NCBI GenBank assembly: GCA_043228905.1
Contig: JBHGNT010000853.1
Span: 1 to 14,592 of the forward strand
Length of the DNA: 14,592 bases
Reading direction: 5' to 3'
From: Azolla caroliniana
Lineage: Eukaryota; Plantae; Polypodiophyta
A model generated the notes under the pieces. That model was not told the origin of the DNA and made no database searches. It was given only the letters and a program-made list of their open reading frames with translations. Shown here one piece after another: positions 10,067 through 14,592 of the stretch; the first letter of the stretch is position 1, and each line of letters starts with the position of its first letter. The translations under genes were made by a program, and so were the position numbers.

Positions 10067-10463
10067 AAGAAGTGGTAATTTAGAATGTTAACTACGTCTC
10101 AAGATTCTTATGATCCATAATCAAAGTTACGTCCCTTCAATTCTTGTTCAACTTTGTATGATAACCATCAAATCGACTCGATGGAATATTGGTTCCATGC
10201 AACTCGTGTAGTTCTCATCGCCCTCAGTTTTTTCTCCACCATAAATGCTAAAGAGGTTGCAAACATGTTGCATAGTTTTGTTCACTCGTGGTAGCAGTGA
10301 CAAAAAATATATAATATCATGGGTTCCACGATACATTGTACAACGTTAAGGATTGTAACTTCGTATTGAGACCCTAAGCTTGATGGGCAAAACATAAATG
10401 AGCAAAAGTAATCCAAGTTCATCAACCACTTGACCATACAATACACTTGAGCTTGAAGTGTCA

Positions 10464-10753
10464 TGTTGAGATATTAAGTTCAATTGTCCTTAAACATAAA
10501 CTAGCGAGAGCACGTGTGTGCAATAAAATCCAATGCAATATATTTTATATATCACCCAGATCGATAATGATAGTGGGTGAGTTGTTAATAACTAGTAAGA
10601 TGATAACGTTATATAAAAACAATTTCTCCACTCTCATATCGTGCATACTCCTCTTTGCTATATTTTTGTTAAATTCTCTCTGTCTCTCTTACCTTGTCTC
10701 TCAATATGCATACGCATCTCATTATTATGTGCTCCATTGCATGAAAATTTTCA
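10464..10753 (+). mobile_element. Possible degenerate LTR (copia-like), about 290 bp
   Basis: Starts TGTTGAG after GAGCTTGAAGTGTCA (resembles a decayed polypurine tract), has TATATAAA at 10610 followed by a pyrimidine-rich tract, and ends TTTCA. No partner LTR or TSD found. Confidence 0.3.
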
Positions 10754-11522
10754 TCTAGCTCTTTAATTATTTACGAAGTCCATTATTGACTTTGTGAATG
10801 TGTGATTCTTTTGCATTGAAAAAATTGGATACCTTAGATATCCCACTCACTTTCCCATAATTAGTAAAGTGTGCTTCCATATAAGTTATATATAAACCAA
10901 GCCCCCTAGTTTTGTAAAAAGTGTTGGGTTACATGTTGTTTACATTGCTGATTATAATTGATATTATTCATAGCTTCATCATAATATTTCTCAATCTTGC
11001 TTAATATAGTAATTTATGTCATTTGGTGTTTAATGTCTTTCTCTCTTACCCACATAACATATAACACATCACATATGTCTTACATATTCCATTATATAGA
11101 TTGATCCTCTATAGAACCATATTCTCTAGTCTTCGCACCATTTAATCACCAATTGGGGCACATCATGTTGTATTTGAGCTATGTCCTATTCCATCATCGT
11201 ATCCCACTATTATCCCTAGAAGGTAAGGTGTGCTTCATGTTTTTGTAATATGGAGCTTAGATTACGCATATTAGGTAGAGTTCGTCTAATGGACTAACTA
11301 GCCATGATGATGGACATCGATGCATTCGAGGGAATGTTTGGTATCCTTAAGAAATCACACAAGCCAACTAAATGTTACTCTACCAATATAGATTTCATAG
11401 AAGATGGTTGTGACTCAATGATAGGGCTCATCTTACAGCTTGGTAAGAGGCATGGAATGTAGCATGCATGCAAGATGATTTGAAGATGCTCTTGAATTGC
11501 CCAACCATGGTCGGTGAATAAG

Positions 11523-11972
11523 AATACCAAGCAATACAAATATACAAGATTGAAGTGGGCACTTACATGCCAATGTAATTTGACACTTCTTACGAGAAAG
11601 CCACAAAGAAATTTCTTAACGCTAGAAGAAGTAAAGATATCCCATATGAAAATGACAAAGATGAAGATAAGGACAATGACAACAATAAAAATGGTGAAGC
11701 AAGCAAACATCGAGATAAGAACGATTTCATTATAATATGTTGTCCCCACTAATACATAGCAATATGAATACACGAGATAAAAGTGGTTGCTTGCATGATA
11801 ATGTAATTTGACACATCTTACAAGAAGGTCACAGAGAAACTTCTTAACGCAATAGGAAGAACAAACTCCCAAATGACAATGACAATGACCAAGATCAAGG
11901 CATTAACAACAACAAAAAACGGTGAAGCAAGCTAACATCAATAGAATAACGACAATTATAGGCCGTTGTCCT
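11523..11972. repeat. Diverged 228-bp tandem duplication (2 copies), probably within a decayed transposon
   Basis: AATGTAATTTGACAC at 11572 and 11800; GGTGAAGCAAGC at 11693 and 11921; TTCTTAACGC in both copies. Confidence 0.88.
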
Positions 11973-13403
11973 CGCTTCCACAAAAATAAGTTCATCTCCT
12001 CGATTGGGCCTCCTTCACAACTCAACAATTGGTTTACCAAAACCATATCCCCTAGACCATTATAGGCTTCCCCTCCATGCTCCATTTGATGGACATAATG
12101 TCTTGATTATGTTTAAACTATGGTAATGTAGTTTTGCAAATAATGTATCATTGTACACATATGTGCCATGTTTCGCATAATTTCGAGTCATGTTTATTTG
12201 TATTTACTTTATTACTAAAGTCTTAGTTTCCCTTCCACTTCAACACAACACTTGAAGATGAATGCTTGCAACATCGAGAAGTGATTCTTATCACACGTAC
12301 ATGTCGATATGAGATAGTGGTAATGTTTTCAACCCATAGGTTATTGAATTTATAAACCTAGTCATTAGGAGCAAAATGTTGTTAGCAAACGTGGTTTCAA
12401 GCGAAGAACATAACATAAAATCCATTGCTCAAGACTTACCCACGATGTTAAGGTTGGATAGTGCAAAGACATGGTTGTGTTTGTATGTTTAGATTTGAGA
12501 ACTATAACAATATACACATGGCAAACTAGCTTATGAGAATTTGCTGCACAATTTGATGGGAACATTTAAATATATCATGATGCAATGCTCTCACTTTGTG
12601 CTTTAGCACTAATTGGACCTCTTTTTTAGATGATGCCCATGCAAAATACTCATAGGCTTGAAGCCATTGCGTGTAAGAGAAGCATTGCGCATAAACAACA
12701 TATTACCATTACGTAAAGTAGTATTTCTTTAACCCAAACAAAGTTTCTATACAAGTTATCCGCTAGGCACAAACTAATTGGCCTCGTAAATCATAACCAC
12801 GTCTTCACGAGGACCGAAGACATCTATCATGTTTGCTTTGTAACTAATGATGCTTCACAATGAATGACAACTGTCTCCAAAGAAAATATACCTTCTAATG
12901 CTAGGAATTACCAAGAGACCCATCACAAAAAAAATTCCCACCAATATTGATGAGCTTGATTGAGGTAACATTCATTTGATTGGTTGGACCAACACTATGG
13001 GTATATGGACATTGGGTCCCCCATCATCATGGACAAGTACTTGACCACACATGCTCATGTTTGTCATATTAGACAAGGACCATGAAAATTTGTGACTTTC
13101 AAACCTAAACTACTCAAGGGAGCATCGTTGGGCCCATATAGATCATCCACAAATACTTGATCATGAACGTGGTATGCCCAGAACCATGTAGACCCTGTTT
13201 TTTATTTTCATTAGATGACAATGGGAACGTAGAATTGGTGATGACCTTGTGGTCTTCCATCGCTTTATGCCAACATGGATTTGAATTTAACATATTTCTA
13301 TTGATGATTATGGGAGGTGTTGAACCCATGACCTTTACATGAGTAACAATAGCAATTGGGGTAATACGAATGTCACACATCTTGGGTTCAAAACCCAACT
13401 GAT

Positions 13404-13423
13404 TCTCTCTCTCTTTCTCTCTC
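13404..13423 (+). repeat. Short (CT)n tract upstream of the PPR ORF (Y-patch/5'UTR-like)
   Basis: tctctctctctttctctctc about 150 nt upstream of ATG 13575. Confidence 0.6.
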
Positions 13424-13574
13424 AAAAATAATGAGTAAAGCCAGAGAAATATGGAAATATAGAACTTGATGATGCAGGAGAATGGCATACCGTTGAAACT
13501 TGAAATTACGGAGCAGGGAAGATATATAGAAGAAGGCATGGAGTTTTGGCTATGGTAATGCATAACAGCAAGGC

Positions 13575-14592
13575 ATGATAGCGAAACCGTCAATTGAACA
13601 CCTCCAAGGAATCATACCCAAATGTAACAAAGACATAAATTTTCGGATCGGATTGTATCATTTGTATGGGATTCCTTCTTATCCACACTTGGGAGTTGAT
13701 CTAGTGATCTCTTTGTTGTTGGTTCAAGATGGAAAAATCTGCGAGTTTTCCCGCAGATTACTACCCTTACAAATAGGCGAAATTTCATGGAATTCTCTGA
13801 TCAATGGATATGCCAAATATGGTGACCCAAGAAATGTATTGTCTCTCTTCCATCGAATGAGAGAGGATTTTCTATATCCTAGTGGGTATGCCATTGTTTC
13901 TGTTTTGACAGCTTGTGCTAAACTCAAGGCTTACAAAGCAGGAAAGGAAATTCATGCTCACCTGCTAATCCAAGGCTTATTAGGAAGTAATCCTTTTATT
14001 AGCACTGCCTTGGTTGATATGTATGCTAAATGTGGTATGATTGCTGAAGCTGAAGAAGTGTTTCGTATGCTTCCACATAGAAATACGGTCTCATGGAATG
14101 CCCTTATTGCTGGATATGTTCAATGTGAACTCAGTGCCAAAGCAATTCATTGCTTTCGCCAGATGAGAGAGCAGGGTGCTTCTCCAGATGCTGTTACATA
14201 TGCTTGTATCTTCAAGGCATTTAGCCGGATTGAGTTCAGCGATGTTGAAGCTTCGATTGGGGAATTCATCCATGAGATATATGCTGAGGTCGAACGAAAA
14301 GGAATTTTATACACCAATATGGTTGTAGGGACTTGCTTGGTTGAAATGTTTGTACAATGGGGCATGCTTGCTAAAGCACATGAAGTGTTTGACAATCTTC
14401 CCATGAGGAATGTAGTGGTTTGGACTTCTCTGATAGGAGGATATGTCCAACATGATTGTTGTGAGGAGGCTCTTACATGTTTTCAACAGATGCTACAAGA
14501 GGGTGTAGATCCAGATGCTGTCACCTTGGCTTGCATCTTGAAAGGTTGTGCTAGCATTGGAGCTATAGTCAAGGGTAGAGAGATACATGCTT
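13575..14592 (+). CDS. PLS-class pentatricopeptide repeat protein (probable organellar RNA-editing factor), truncated at 3' by the window edge
   Basis: Open frame from ATG 13575 to the window end (absent from the ORF track, presumably because no stop is reached). P-L-S motifs include SWNSLINGYAKYG, TALVDMYAKCGMIAEAEEVFRMLPHRNTVSWNALIAGYVQ and VVVWTSLIGGYVQHDCCEEALTCFQQMLQEGVDPDAVTLACILKGC...KGREIHA. True start uncertain; E/DYW domains not visible. Confidence 0.92.
   Translation, partial: MIAKPSIEHLQGIIPKCNKDINFRIGLYHLYGIPSYPHLGVDLVISLLLVQDGKICEFSRRLLPLQIGEISWNSLINGYAKYGDPRNVLSLFHRMREDFLYPSGYAIVSVLTACAKLKAYKAGKEIHAHLLIQGLLGSNPFISTALVDMYAKCGMIAEAEEVFRMLPHRNTVSWNALIAGYVQCELSAKAIHCFRQMREQGASPDAVTYACIFKAFSRIEFSDVEASIGEFIHEIYAEVERKGILYTNMVVGTCLVEMFVQWGMLAKAHEVFDNLPMRNVVVWTSLIGGYVQHDCCEEALTCFQQMLQEGVDPDAVTLACILKGCASIGAIVKGREIHA

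Noticed and set aside
11375-11872. 165-aa minus-strand ORF with a hydrophobic stretch
   Set aside because: It is the antisense reading of the A-rich 228-bp duplication; no recognisable domain.
13114-13593. 159-aa minus-strand ORF
   Set aside because: Non-ATG start, crosses the CT microsatellite, no domain signal; likely a chance ORF.
13748-13755. Second TTTCCCGC (E2F-like) site
   Set aside because: Lies inside the PPR coding frame; probably incidental.
1-14592. A novel multi-gene system linking SNM1 and the PPR gene (head-to-head pair)
   Set aside because: They are about 4.9 kb apart, separated by transposon debris, and act in unrelated pathways and compartments. PPR genes are very numerous, so adjacency is expected by chance.

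Overview
AT-rich eukaryotic nuclear DNA from a land plant. The PPR motif style suggests a fern, but that is inference. Two genes point away from each other. (1) On the minus strand is a complete 10-exon gene (8685->2867, about 972 aa by my manual splicing, all introns GT-AG with consistent phases). It encodes an SNM1/PSO2/DCLRE1A-family DNA interstrand cross-link repair nuclease: long disordered N-terminus, UBZ-like zinc finger, SAM domain, PIP-box-like motif, then a metallo-beta-lactamase/beta-CASP domain with all catalytic motifs present. (2) On the plus strand is the 5' part of a PLS-class PPR gene (13575 to past the window end), typical of organellar RNA-editing factors. The ~4.9 kb spacer holds transposon debris: a ~226-bp hAT-type MITE with degenerate TIRs and 8-bp TSD, a decayed LINE ORF2 zinc-finger fragment, LTR-like remnants and a 228-bp tandem duplication. 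I do not see a convincingly new biological system. The best second-look items are a 26-aa x3 repeat in the SNM1 N-terminus, an E2F site plus D-box/UBZ/PIP motif set, an N->Y change beside a metal-ligand histidine, two recent tandem duplications in one intron, and the atypical PPR N-terminus and L-motif insertion.
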